Under the pieces are notes generated by a model. It was not told where the DNA came from, made no database searches, and saw only the letters and a list, made by a program, of their open reading frames with translations. The position numbers were made by a program, and so were the translations under genes. Below are positions 35,264 to 46,726 of a stretch of 64,000 nt of DNA, piece by piece (within the stretch, counting starts at the first letter, position 1; each line of letters starts with the position of its first letter). The DNA is from Takakia lepidozioides. Taxonomy: Eukaryota; Plantae; Bryophyta. Location of the stretch: assembly GCA_030704615.1 (NCBI GenBank), contig CM060733.1:65038001-65102000 (forward strand). The letters run 5' to 3'.

Positions 35264-36332
35264 TGTTAGAGGACTGCTTGGGACTTAGACGCTTTTACGG
35301 GATCTGTGATTTTTACACAGACTGAGACCAACAGGAGCCTTAGGGGTGACAACAACAGGCTTTAGGGGGGGAGATACACAGCCCAACACAGTCCATCACA
35401 GCCCGTCACAGCCCGTCACAGTCCAACACGGCCATTCACAGCCAACACAGCCCGACACAGCCAACACAGCCAGTCACAGCCCGTCACAGCCACACAGCCC
35501 AACACTGTCGCACATGCAATCACAGCCTGACACAGCCCGTCACAACAAGACACAGTCGCACAGCCAGTCACAGCTCGACACAGCCCGACACAGCCCAACA
35601 CAGTCGCACAGCCAGTCACATCCCGTCACAGTTTCACACAGCCAGTCACAGCTTGACACAGCTGTCACGACCATAGGGAACGGATAGCAGGACAGGGAAC
35701 GACTGTGGGGAACAACATCTGCAAATGGAACATGTTAGTTCACGGATGACGGTTAGTGAGGGAAACGGTTAGAACAACGGGTAGGAAGATAAAGCCAGGA
35801 GCGAGGACTGGAAAAGAATCATCACTTCTTGGGGATCACTACTTCTGGGGGGACTTCTGGCATCACTGGGGGGAAATGAAGCGGAGAGCGCATCTCTAAG
35901 TAGAAAGAGGGAGAGCACGGAGTAGGAGGAGAACGATCTGTTGATGCTTGATGAATGCAAGCAGTAGAGTTGTAATGTAGAGCAGATTAGAGACTCCATG
36001 GCTTCAGCCTGATACTTGATAGATATTAATCTGATACATACTTCATACTCACACTGTGTAGAGAGATCTGAGTGAAGCTGTGGAATGAATGGATGAGTTG
36101 ATGGAATCCGATAGATTGCTGAAGCAATCTGATACTTAAATACCAACAGTAAAGTAACTAGCTAACATGAATACGAGAAGGAATACAAATAGGAAACACC
36201 CCCATGATACACTAGCTGTAGGTCATGACTGATTGTTCTGAGCAGGCTGAGTACTTAGAGATTTCCAACTCTTCTATCTGGGAGTTCCCACCTCGGATAG
36301 CGAAGGGATGGGTGAGTAAAATCCGCGCGACA
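35264..36332 (+). repeat. E4 3' LTR (~1069 bp) with an expanded CACAGCC-type tandem region
   Basis: TGTTAG...CGCGCGACA; follows the PPT; homologous to the E2 LTR. Confidence 0.92.
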
Positions 36333-36967
36333 CTACTAAGTTCCAGTTAATCATGCATTCATTCCACAGCTTCTCTCATGTCTCTCTACACAGTATGTTT
36401 GTATCGATTCAGTATCGGATTAAGATTAATCATGTATCATGCCTATGCCATGGTGTCTCTATTCTATCGTACTATATAATTCTACAGCTTGCATGAACTA
36501 AGCCTCATTCAAGTCATCATCTCCTCTTCACTGTTTCCTGCTCTCCGTTACGTCTCTTCCTCCCTTCAACAAGTCGCCCTCCTCCAGAAGTGATTCCCCT
36601 TCCCGTTGCGCTCTCCTAATCTACCCGCAAGCTGTTCTAACCACCTAACTAACCAACCGTCACCCCTGAAGTAACACGTCCCCTCTGCAGATGTCGTTCC
36701 CTCACAAACATTCCCTGTCAATGATAACTGTTCCCCATGTACTGTGACAGGCTGCTGTGTGAGTGTCAAGTGTGCCGAGCTGTGACTGGCTTGTGTAAAG
36801 CTGTGTCGGGCTGTGACTGGCTGTGCGAAGCTGTGTCGGGCTGTGTAACCCCCCTAAAGCCTGCTCCTGCCACCCCTAAGGCTCCTGTTGGTCTCAGTCT
36901 GTGCAAAAATTAAGGGTAACCCACAGAACCCATAAAGAGTATATAAGTCCCAAGCAGCCCTCTAACA
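36333..36967 (-). repeat. E5 partial 3' LTR
   Basis: Homologous to 14070-14757; TGTTAG start after the PPT. Confidence 0.88.
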
Positions 36968-39900
36968 TTATCCCTCCCCCTCTCAAAAAGCCGTGTCCTC
37001 ACGGTTTACTGTTTGGGATTAGCAAAACTTTGTGAGCGAGCACCCTTTTGATGGTGAGAGTCTCGTGAAGGACTCCGTGTGCGAGCCCGAGTCCTGTCAC
37101 TGGCTAATGGAGATGATTGAGCACTACCTGGAAATGTCTGACCCTCCTTTGGCTGATAATGAGGTAACCTCTCAGGCATAGGAGATCCCCGTCGTTTCTT
37201 CTCTGCCATCTGAAGTGCATAGTCCTTTGCCATGTCAAAAGAGTCCTCTGAAGAAATAGTAGTATCAGAATCCTCGTCCCCCTTAGGTGTTTTAACGGCC
37301 GAACTTTAAGTGGAATCCTGCGTGGCATACAATGTGGTCCCACCATGTCTGGAAGTTTAAACTGTACAACTTGCTGTAAGCGTTTGCAAGCAAAATTAGT
37401 GAACGCCCTGAACTCCTTATCCGTATAGGTGAGAGGTGTGCCAATGACTTTGGAACAGTGTAAGTATTTCCAGGCTTCATGTCCCTTAAAGAAAATATCC
37501 TCAGGGCCAAATTTTTGTGTTGTCAAATTGTTCCAAGCCGAATTAAACCATGAATGAAGTTGGGAATCCTTCTGCATCATAACTTTTGCATCATATAGGT
37601 ACATATGAGGTGGCACTGAAGGTAAGACCCAATGATCCCCACTGGAATAACTCAGAAATCGTGATTGCATCTTCTGCTGCTCAATGTGATAACGTGCCAA
37701 AAAACAAGCAGCATAGTATAATCCATAGCCCATGACAATACTAGATACCTCCTTGGTCTTGGTATAGATGTACCAATGTACAACCTGGAAGGCAATTAAT
37801 TCCTTCAGCATGGTACCTGCCTCAGACCAGTACCTCGCAAAGTGATGATCATCAATGGGTCGATTGTTCGGAAGAACCTTAGTCCGAGTTGCCACCGGCA
37901 ACCAAATGCGCATGATCTGGTAGTAATGTGCCAACGACTGCGGAGGACTAAATTCCTTCCAAGCCAAATCCAGCACAATGGGAATTTGGTTGAAGGGCAT
38001 AATCATAGCCCGATTGTACTCCCGTGCAGCAGGAGTCCTAGGTGGGTTAAAAACAGCATCTCCCCATACCTCAGGCTGTGGTTTGGCTGTAGTAGCAATA
38101 GGGTCAGCTACCTGCACAGACACCTGCTGTGGTATTGGTACCACTGGCCCTTCTATCACTGACATCTCTTGCACCCCCTGCGAAGAAGACTGAAAAATTA
38201 GAGTCCTGGCATGTAAATAAGTAGCCCTCAGCTGCTCCTCAGGAACAAAGACTCTCTTGTCAATATTTGAACTCAGGTCATCCACTTGAGTCTACAGGCC
38301 TTCCACATCCCATTCATCTCGCCCTGGGTGAGCTTCCGTGGTGCTTTACCTTCTACCGGCCCTTGTGCTAACCAGACCTACATAAGGTGGTTATCCACCA
38401 AGTCCTGTGTGGCAACCCTGAGAGTCTGTTCCTCCGTGAGTCTGTACACATCTAACCGCTGCTGTAAAGCCTCCATGCGCTTCGCATGAGGTTCAACCAG
38501 GCCCGCATAGGCAGCAGCCAGATTATTGGTTTCCTTCCAAGCCTTGTTAGCCACAGAGAGTTCATTTCTATTGACCATGACTGTTTGTTGCAACTCCAGG
38601 ATGTACTTCTCTTGGTCAGCCTCAACCTTTTTGTACTGTTGGAAAGTATTCTCATTGCGACAGATTGTAGCCTACAAATCAACAATGAGTTTCCCTTGCT
38701 CTATGATCTCAGCTTCTGCCATCATACATCTCTCCCCTTGTCTGTTAACTTCTAATGCAGTTGAGCAGTTGTGAATGTAGCACATTGTATGGTCATCCTC
38801 TGATGTACTGCCTCCAACTTTGTATGTAGTACGTTCACTTCTTGCAACTTGCCATCATGCTTCACCTGCAATTGGTATAACTGTTGCTTATGTGCTTCAT
38901 GCAACTGGTCCTGCTCGAGACCTGCTTCAATCAAATGTCCCTTGGCCAACTGCAAGGCAGCCTTTGTGTCCTCCAACTTGAGATTGACCTCCTCATCTAC
39001 CTTGTTAGCACACTCAGTGGCAATTCGAGCCTCAAACTCCTTCCTGAGTTCCTCCCTCAAAGCTGCCAATTGGGTAGATGGAACATGGGATTTCACATAA
39101 GTGCCCAGCAAATTAAGTGTCATGTTTATGGAACTCATAAGCATGGCCTGCTGGGGGTCATCATGGTGAACTTGCTGCTGTTCTCCCTGATCCTCCACAG
39201 TGTGATGCTTCACCAACCATTCAGGCCATTGCCCCACCATATCCTCTTCCTGAACCACCTCATCCTCCACAGGTGCTGTAGTGTCCTTATATTCTACCCC
39301 TGGTACCTCCGTCACAGGTGTGGGTATTACATGCACATCAGGATTTTCCCTGGACAAACTCTGCACCTCTGGAACCACTGATTCCCTTACCAAGCCAGAG
39401 TTTTCATAGAGAAGGTCACCCTTCTCAATTTCGGCCACGACCTGCTCTGTAGTGGGAATGTCCAACCTTTCTCCGTCCAGAGCAATTGGGGGTGGTGTCA
39501 CAACATGTTCTAACTGTGGAACCTCTGAGACAACTGAGTCAACTGGCTGTGATGGCTGTGGTACTGAAGTGACTTCTTCCTCCCTCTCCGAAGGTCGTGC
39601 TTCCAATAATAACAGCCCTCTGTGTTGTTGTGCCCCATCCTGCACAAGAGCTTGGGAAACATCATCTTGCGGTTTCCGTGAAGCCAGTGGATCCGCCACT
39701 ACAGTCATACCTTGCTTCTGTCTCTTAGACTGGTGTTGCCCTGCCAGTCCACCCTCACTATGTGAAGAGCCCTGCTCTTCAATTGCAGGTGGTACTGCCT
39801 CAAACACTCCCATCTCCTTATGTTCCCGAGTATCAAGTATGCAAGAGTCAAGAATGATTTGGGCAATGACTGGACCAGACACAATGATCGGAGACTTAGC

Positions 39901-40184
39901 AGCAGTGCCCTGTAACCTCTTCATCTCTTCCACCAGACCATTGTACATTAACTCTGCCCAAGCTACATCCTCTCCCCTCAAAGCTTTCAGGATCTCCTCT
40001 ATGAATGACCTGCTCAAATATTGTTGGTTCTGTTTCATGGCAAACAGAACATTCAATATTTGGCCAACTTCTCTGAGCCCTGGGTACTCGGCTTTGGTAC
40101 AAGCGTAACCTTGAGTCTTAAAGAAACTCCCTTCTTGGAACAAATTCCCTATCTGCAATCTTGCCCTGTGCTCATCCACATCCA
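36333..40184 (-). mobile_element. E5: third, more diverged E2-family copy (extra ORF, PPT, partial 3' LTR)
   Basis: ORFs 38752..40179 and 37104..38285 match the E2 extra ORF. The LTR starts at 36967 and is cut by E4 at 36332; the element is cut by element B at 40184. Confidence 0.92.
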
Positions 40185-40630
40185 GGGGCTGCTATTTCAT
40201 GAGCCATGAGCCATGAGCAGAGTCGTAAGTGTGGAAAAAAACATGAGCAGCACTATTTTCCGGAAATGAGTGTCCGCGGGAATAGGGTTTAGGGTGCCAC
40301 GGTCATAGGGGGAGAAGGACCTCCCGATGAAGGAGGTTCGGCAATGTTATTTAGAATTATATATTGAAAGGCAATGTTTCGCGAATGGAAGGGTGGTACT
40401 GCTCTGTACAATGGGGGCCCATTTCAGCCTACCAGCCACTTGCAAAATCCACCCACACTCCCAATCCCAAACGAAATGAGCAATGACGCATTCTCGGAAC
40501 GATGGACACATAATAGAATAAAAAGAGGGCACAATGAGGTTTTTATTGATCCACATGAATTGCATTTGAAGCACGTCTACTGTGCTGATTGTGCAATCAA
40601 ATCTTTAGCCCTGTGCCTACTGAATACAAG

Positions 40631-41407
40631 TCACGTTGTCAATGGGACTTTGACTGCTCTCAGAACTAGCTCATGAGTCATGGGGCTCCTCCAGGTAAAG
40701 TCGATTGCAGCCGTTGTACCGCCCCTAGTGATGTTCACCACAATGTCCTGCCCTTCAATCATACCACCATCGAATATGGAAATCTTCACGTTTTCGTCGT
40801 CCACCACCAATGCGAATGTCCCCATACAATGGAGAAGAGGAGCGCACTCCTTCAGGAGAATAGGTCTCTCCGATGGAGTCCACCCACGTCCAGTGGCAGC
40901 AGTTCCACCGCAACAACATAGCAGTGCGCCTTCTTCTGCATGGGTGACCGTCGTAGCTGGGAAAATCGGAATCGAGGATGTGCAGGAGCCACGGACTCCT
41001 CAGACCAAGATCGTCACCCCGCTCGAAGGCGTAGTGGCCTAGGATATACTCAAAAGCCACCAATGTTTCCACAATCGAACCAGTATCTTCTCTGTAATCT
41101 GTGTACCAGATAACAAGTCTCCCGATGTGGCCGAATACATTGCATAATCGATGCCTCCAAATGGGCAGTCGTCCCGGTTCCGGAAGCACGGCATCCTTGC
41201 AAAGGAGGACCTGAGGACGACTTGGATGCCGATGACAATGACCTTGCGGACAGCTACGAAGCCCTTAGATTTTGGAAATGATGCGAAGCGGAAGAGCAGT
41301 CCGGCCTCCAATAATGGAGCATCTGGGTCCCACGTACCCACCGACGAAGGTGGAACATGTTCATCACGCCAGCGGTGGATGAACCCATACATCTTTCTCA
41401 TCAACAA
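40631..41407 (-). pseudogene. Unknown protein, paralog 1 of a divergent pair (frameshifted)
   Basis: VLRSSFARMPCFRNRDDCPFGGIDYAM..SGDL..PWLLHILDSDFPSYDG..PLYGDIRI..SIFDGGMIEGQDIVV aligns with 41626-42273. Confidence 0.7.
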
Positions 41408-41625
41408 GTTATAGTTTGAGATCTGTCACCGAAGTCCATCCCCCGGATGGAAATTCGGCGCCGCATTTACATCGAAGAGGGGATGGACTTCGTCGTGTCC
41501 AGTGGCTATCGGCCCACCTGGCAGTGACTGCCCATAGTTTGCATGGCAGGGTAGGAACTGAAACGACTACATTCATGCAGCAGCCAATCTTCATCAGTCC
41601 AGGATCCTGTAGGGGGGAAATTTAA

Positions 41626-42273
41626 ATGTGCCCTGGAGTGTTTGTGAGGAATTGCAGCGTTAGCTTGAACTTTTTCCAGCCACCGCGCTGCTCCTCCTCC
41701 ATCCGGGAGCTGCTGTCATTGAGCGTACTCCGCTACTCTTTTTCAAGGATGCCGTGCCGCCGAAATCCAGCCGACTGCCCTTATCATGGCCACGATTATG
41801 CTATGTCCAAACCAGAATCAGGAGACATCATTGTCTGGCTCTCTGTTTTCACAGACGCTGCTGGAATCAAGCAAGAGTCTTTGCGCGCAATGGAGTATCT
41901 GGAGGCTATTACCGCTTTGAGCGAGGTGAGGGCGAGGGTCCAATGCGGTCCGTGGGTCCTGAAAATTGTTGACCTCGATATACCAAGCTGGAAAGGGATG
42001 CCGGACAGATCACGCACGGCCCTCGCTTTGGCGCTGGAACTGCTGCCAGTGGACCAGGGAGGACGGCAGGGACGTGCAGATCACTCCGCTCTTCCAGTGT
42101 ATGGAGACATTCGGCTGAGTTGCGAAGACGAATCGCACGGGCACATGAGGCCCACAGTGACCTTGTCAATGTATGATGGTGGTATCATTGATGGACATGA
42201 CATTGTCGTCGGCTCCAGCAAGGGCAGCAGAACGACCGAATCGCAGTTTACCTCTCGAGTGCCGCAGCAGTAA
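41626..42273 (+). CDS. Unknown protein, paralog 2 of a divergent pair (~175-215 aa)
   Basis: Open ORF with VLRYSFSRMPCRRNPADCPYHGHDYAM..SGDI..PWVLKIVDLDIPSWKG..PVYGDIRL..SMYDGGIIDGHDIVV. Confidence 0.72.
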   Translation: MCPGVFVRNCSVSLNFFQPPRCSSSIRELLSLSVLRYSFSRMPCRRNPADCPYHGHDYAMSKPESGDIIVWLSVFTDAAGIKQESLRAMEYLEAITALSEVRARVQCGPWVLKIVDLDIPSWKGMPDRSRTALALALELLPVDQGGRQGRADHSALPVYGDIRLSCEDESHGHMRPTVTLSMYDGGIIDGHDIVVGSSKGSRTTESQFTSRVPQQ

Positions 42274-42569
42274 TGAGCTTGTTTTGAGGGGTATCGAAGT
42301 TTGTCGACTTGGTGAAGCCCATGTAGAAGGAGGAAGGGCTTAGTTTTGTCTGCAGTTGGTAAATGTGAGACATCGTGTCCGATCAATAAACCCATCGTAC
42401 CTCACTTTTGTATGATTGTGTTTCATTCTGTTGAATAACTGTCGGAATTGGCCCACTGTTTACAATTTGATGTCTCATTTCTACAATTTGTCTGTCCGGA
42501 GAATATACCAGAGTAACCGGTATGAGAGTCATGTGTCAAGAATATACCAGAGTAACGCCATGTCGGACA

Positions 42570-43305
42570 AGAAATGCGGTGCCGCATTTCAATGCCGACA
42601 TGGAAATGTATGAACCGCATTTCAGTGTCGCAAGGAATGCGTGCATCATTTCCGTCCAGGTACAACGACAATACCAACACGGTCTATAATATTGGACGAC
42701 CGAGGTTGGCATTGCAAATGCGGCGACGCATTTCTAGCTTGGCAATGGACACTTCTTTTTGGACAAGGAATGCGGTGCCGCATTTTTCCGTCCCACACTT
42801 CGAAAAGTGTGACATTTCCGACCAGCTCGGATGGAAGGCGTTACCGCATTTCCGTGAGAGGGCTGTCAAATGGACAAATTGCGATGTCCGTTCTGGAAAT
42901 GCGGCGCCGCATTTCCCGTGTCGTCATCGACTTTTTTTTTGACAATGGAATGGCGGTGCCAATTTTTGCTGATGGGCCGCCGTTCGAACAAACGACCATC
43001 CCCAATATGGAAATGCGGCACCGCATTTTCCAATTCCGCCATCTCCGACCTCCTTGTTCGCCTCCTTGTTCGACCTCTGTAAAGCGTGGTGGCATCCATG
43101 CAATGAGCGGAAGAGGCCAAAACTGGCGTGTGGAACAAAGGAAATTTTGGAAATGCGGCACCGCATTTTCAATCGGGCCGATTACTTTTTACTATGCCAC
43201 ATTGAAATGAAATTTAGTCCTCCCCTGTTTTGGAAATGCGGTGCCCGCATTTCCAAAGAGGTTTTTAGAGTTGCCAAAATTTTGGAAATGCGGTGCCCAT
43301 TTCTG
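42570..43305. repeat. Second array (~12 copies) of the GGAAATGCGGNNCCGCATTTCC palindrome
   Basis: Copies at ~42571, 42716, 42767, 42895, 43009, 43149, 43232 and 43284; isolated copies at ~41449 and ~44631. Confidence 0.88.
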
Positions 43306-43449
43306 ATTTTGGGAGCGTCGTGGTTTGGGCGATTGTGTGGCTGGAATGCACACTGGAGAGGGGTCACAAATGTCGGGGAGAATTTCCTTTATATACTCTG
43401 AAGAGATTTACATTTACAGAGACTCACAATCATTAAAATTCTATTAATC

Positions 43450-44733
43450 TTGAAATCATCCTCATCCTCATCCTGTTCTAGACTGTCCTGGTCCGCCTCC
43501 ACCCCCTCATTGCCTTTCCCTCATCTCCAGCGGACTGCTCGTTGGCCAGGCTTTTCGAAAATCCCATCTTCCCCTTGCAGAACTGTCCATCTCACCTCCG
43601 TTGGGTCGTCTTCCCCTGTCTGCGTCGCTCTCATCCGCTGACTCACATATGTACTTTCGTACCCGTCTTCTACCTGTCTGAGCTGCTGCCAACTCTTTCC
43701 TTATGCTTCTGTCCTCCCTAGCCCTCTCCAAAATCTGCTCTACTACTTTACTGTATGCTCACTTCTTATTCTACTTCTAATCGCTGTATTTGCGAGTTTA
43801 GCTGCATAACTAGAAGGAGTATTCCCTCACCGGGCTCGTCATGAAGTCGGCCCTCGCAAAGAACGGACATTCTTCCTGGCAGGAAGTGTATGCCTACCTG
43901 GTTTCGACCCGGACCCTGCAATCTTGCACATGACAATCATCAACGAGACTGATGAGAACCACAAGTCCGGAAATTCGTTTGACAAAAATTACCCAAGGCT
44001 TTGCAACTTACAATGTTTGCACTCACTCTCGTATTCCGGGTTGTCCTCCGCATCAATGTCCACTGTGTCTTCCTCGGACTCCGATGAATCCGAGGAGACT
44101 TCCGCTCTGTTGGGAGCCTTAACATTCCGTTGCAGCCCTTCCAGATGGGATCCCCACACTGATGAATCCTCCTCGTAGGCAAAGAGGGTGCCGGTCGGAA
44201 AACCGCCCAGCCCACATTGAGGCACCTGTTACAATGCCATCCACACATTACAACATGGCGCTTCTATGTGCGAACTACAACCCTAACGAGAATTTGCAGA
44301 ACAGCATAGATCAAGATTCTGCATATACCTGTCCCTACAGATGAAGGTCGAGCATTGTGCCCTCCACGTCTGTGCATGTCTCCATAATTGTCTGAATGAA
44401 GGCAGGGCTCCGAGTCCGTGAGTACCGCAGGGGTTCCGTTGAAGTGAGGCTATGAGGGAGAAGTTCCTTGGGAACGTTGTTGAACATAACGTCGTAATCG
44501 AGGGGGTCGCAGTTCGGGTCAACCTTTCCTCCCTCCTTCCGGAAAGCAAAGGTGGAGTTCTCCTTCACAAAGCAGTATGCATCGAACTGCTTCGTCTGCC
44601 ATACACATGGGGGAAACGATTAGAGAACCGAATGCGGCACCGCATTTGAAAACACCCAAGCAAATGAATGGACGAGTGCCCAGTGTCGTAATCACCTTCT
44701 TCCCTTCCGACCGAAGGCCCAGTGTGTTGATGC
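43450..44733 (-). pseudogene. Spliced beta-class amino-MTase-like gene (copy B), 5'-truncated
   Basis: INTLGLRSEGKK | TKQFDAYCFVKENSTF...RYSRTRSPAFIQTIMETCTDVEGTMLDL..GT | GASMWAGRFSDRH.LFAYEED | PFFARADFMTSPVREY. Introns at 44596-44695, 44226-44328 and 43916-44011. Confidence 0.75.
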
Positions 44734-44839
44734 CTAGGTTTAAACAGTAGGTTATAGGGTCGGGGTTAGGGTTTCACTCCTTAATTAGCCATAATTAAGG
44801 GTAATTAATTAACAGTCCAGGGCCATCATAGGCTGCATA

Positions 44840-45330
44840 TTTCATCCGGTTCAGATGAAAAAATCAATAAGTTCATCCAATTGGAGAAGGTTCGTCAGTA
44901 GGATGGAAAAACAATACATAACCATCCAAGGCAACAGTTTCACATCCTAACAGGTAATTCAACATCCCCAAAAAAAATGCCTTATCCAGTACGGAAAAAA
45001 CCCATAAAGGAGGAATAAACGAATTAATATCCTTGTATTTTTCATCCGTATGGATGGAAAAAATTATATAGGATGCCAGTGTCAACCCCTACGAGAGGTA
45101 ATTCCCATCTCTGGTGACTCATCTGATATGGATGAAAGTCAATAAAGAGGAATGAAAAAATCAAAGACCCAGTTTAGAGGTAATTGAGTGTCCACCCAAG
45201 TAATTCATCCGATATGGATACAACATTGTCATAGGGCGGGTGAAAACATTGTTTAGAGTCCATCCGGTATAGATGGAAAAACAGGAAAAAAAAACACTGA
45301 TAAAACCGGCCAATTCCAAGGAGGGAGGGA
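44840..45330. repeat. ~450-bp dispersed direct repeat, copy 1, rich in CATCC/GGATG palindromes
   Basis: Homologous to 49565-49996 (e.g. CATCCTAACAGGTAATTC, GGATGCCAGTGTCA, CCGGCCAATTCCAAG). Confidence 0.85.
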
Positions 45331-45960
45331 AGATACTCATGTCATGTCAAGACATGGACAAGACCCACTAGGGTCATTGTCAATTAAAGACATAAACAGC
45401 CCATAAACAGGGCACTATCTAACACTTCCATTCTTGTCATGACTTCCCAGTTGATTTCACCCTAATCATTCATGATAAAACAGGGGGGAGGGTGGGGTTT
45501 GTTTATGTACAGGTCATGACAACAAGACAAGCATATAAGCACGCATCTTGTGTACTGAAAAATCAGATTGCTGCAGCATGTTCAAATTCCTGTTAGTAAC
45601 CCAAGACATGCACCATGCAAGGCTCCTTGGGTAGGTAAGAACAGCTTGCCCTGCTACAGATTCAAGGTATGTTCATACAAGCACCTTGAAGGACCAGCCT
45701 GCAACTTCTTGCCACTGTAGTGTGAATGCAGGGGGTAAATATTCAAGTTTTTGTTTGGCATCAGGATTTGGCACTACTACGAAGGGAGTGCCCTTCGTGC
45801 TAATGAAGGGAAGGAATTATCCATGACTTTAGGTAATTCCATGGGAAAACTCTGCCAGAACAAAATATGGATAAGTTATGACATGCACCTTTTTCATCCC
45901 TAGGATGAATAATTTTCATCCATGATGTTGAACCCTAGAAGCTCGGGATGTGAAAAACGA

Positions 45961-46726
45961 AGGGGAAGAGTGCGTGCATCTTTTCGCAGCTGCTGCAGTG
46001 GTGTTGGCAGCACAACATGTCTTAGAAAGTTCCACCTACGCAAGGGGAATCAGCTTGCTTTAAATAGCAACGTTAAGGGCTCTTGCTTGGCATTCTGTGC
46101 AAGAGGAAGCGGTGCCGCCTTCTTCGTAAGTAATGATCAAATCTGAAGGCTCAGCATGTGATGAGAGCGGTGCACCACCGCTGCCGCCATTGTCTTGATG
46201 AGCACAGTAATGAGGAGATGGAGCGGCTCAACAGCTGTTGGGGCATGAGAAGTGCAGGCTGGTGTGTATAGCACTTCAGGTTGTCTGTGATCAAGTCTTG
46301 TAGCTGCTGTTTGTCTTAGGGCTGTAGGACCAGATCACTTCGTAGGGGAAGAGTGCGTGCATCTTTTCGCAGCTGCTGCAGTGGTGTTGGTAGCACAACA
46401 TGTCTTAGAAAATTCCATCTACACAAGGGGAATCAGCTTGCTTTAAAGAGCAACGTTAAGGGCTCTTGCTTGGCATTCTGTGCAAGAGGAAGCGGTGCCG
46501 CCTTCTTCGTAAGTAATGATCAAATCTGAAGGCTCAGCATGTGATGAGAGCGGTGCACCACCGCTGCCGCCATTGTCTTGATGAGCACAGTACTGAGGAG
46601 TTGGAGCGGCTCAACAGCTGTTGGGGCATGAGAAGTGCAGGCTAGTGTGTATGGCGCTTCAGGTTATCTATAATTAAGTCTTGTAGCTGCTTTCTGTCTT
46701 AGGGCTGTAGGACCAGATCACTTCGT
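45961..46726. repeat. Tandem duplication, 2 x 383 bp
   Basis: 45961-46343 and 46344-46726 are near-identical. Confidence 0.95.

Larger units (their letters stand above)
25671..36332 (+). mobile_element. E4: E2-family Gypsy element (mid-gag to 3' LTR), heavily frameshifted
   Basis: Colinear with the reverse complement of E2 from 12256 downward. PPT 35245-35260; LTR 35264-36332. Confidence 0.93.
40185..44733 (-). mobile_element. Element B: diverged relative of element A (terminus, paralog pair, palindrome array, 3' part of the MTase-like gene)
   Basis: Begins GGGGCTGCTATTTCATGAG exactly where E5 homology stops; shares the palindrome motif and the MTase gene with A. Confidence 0.7.
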
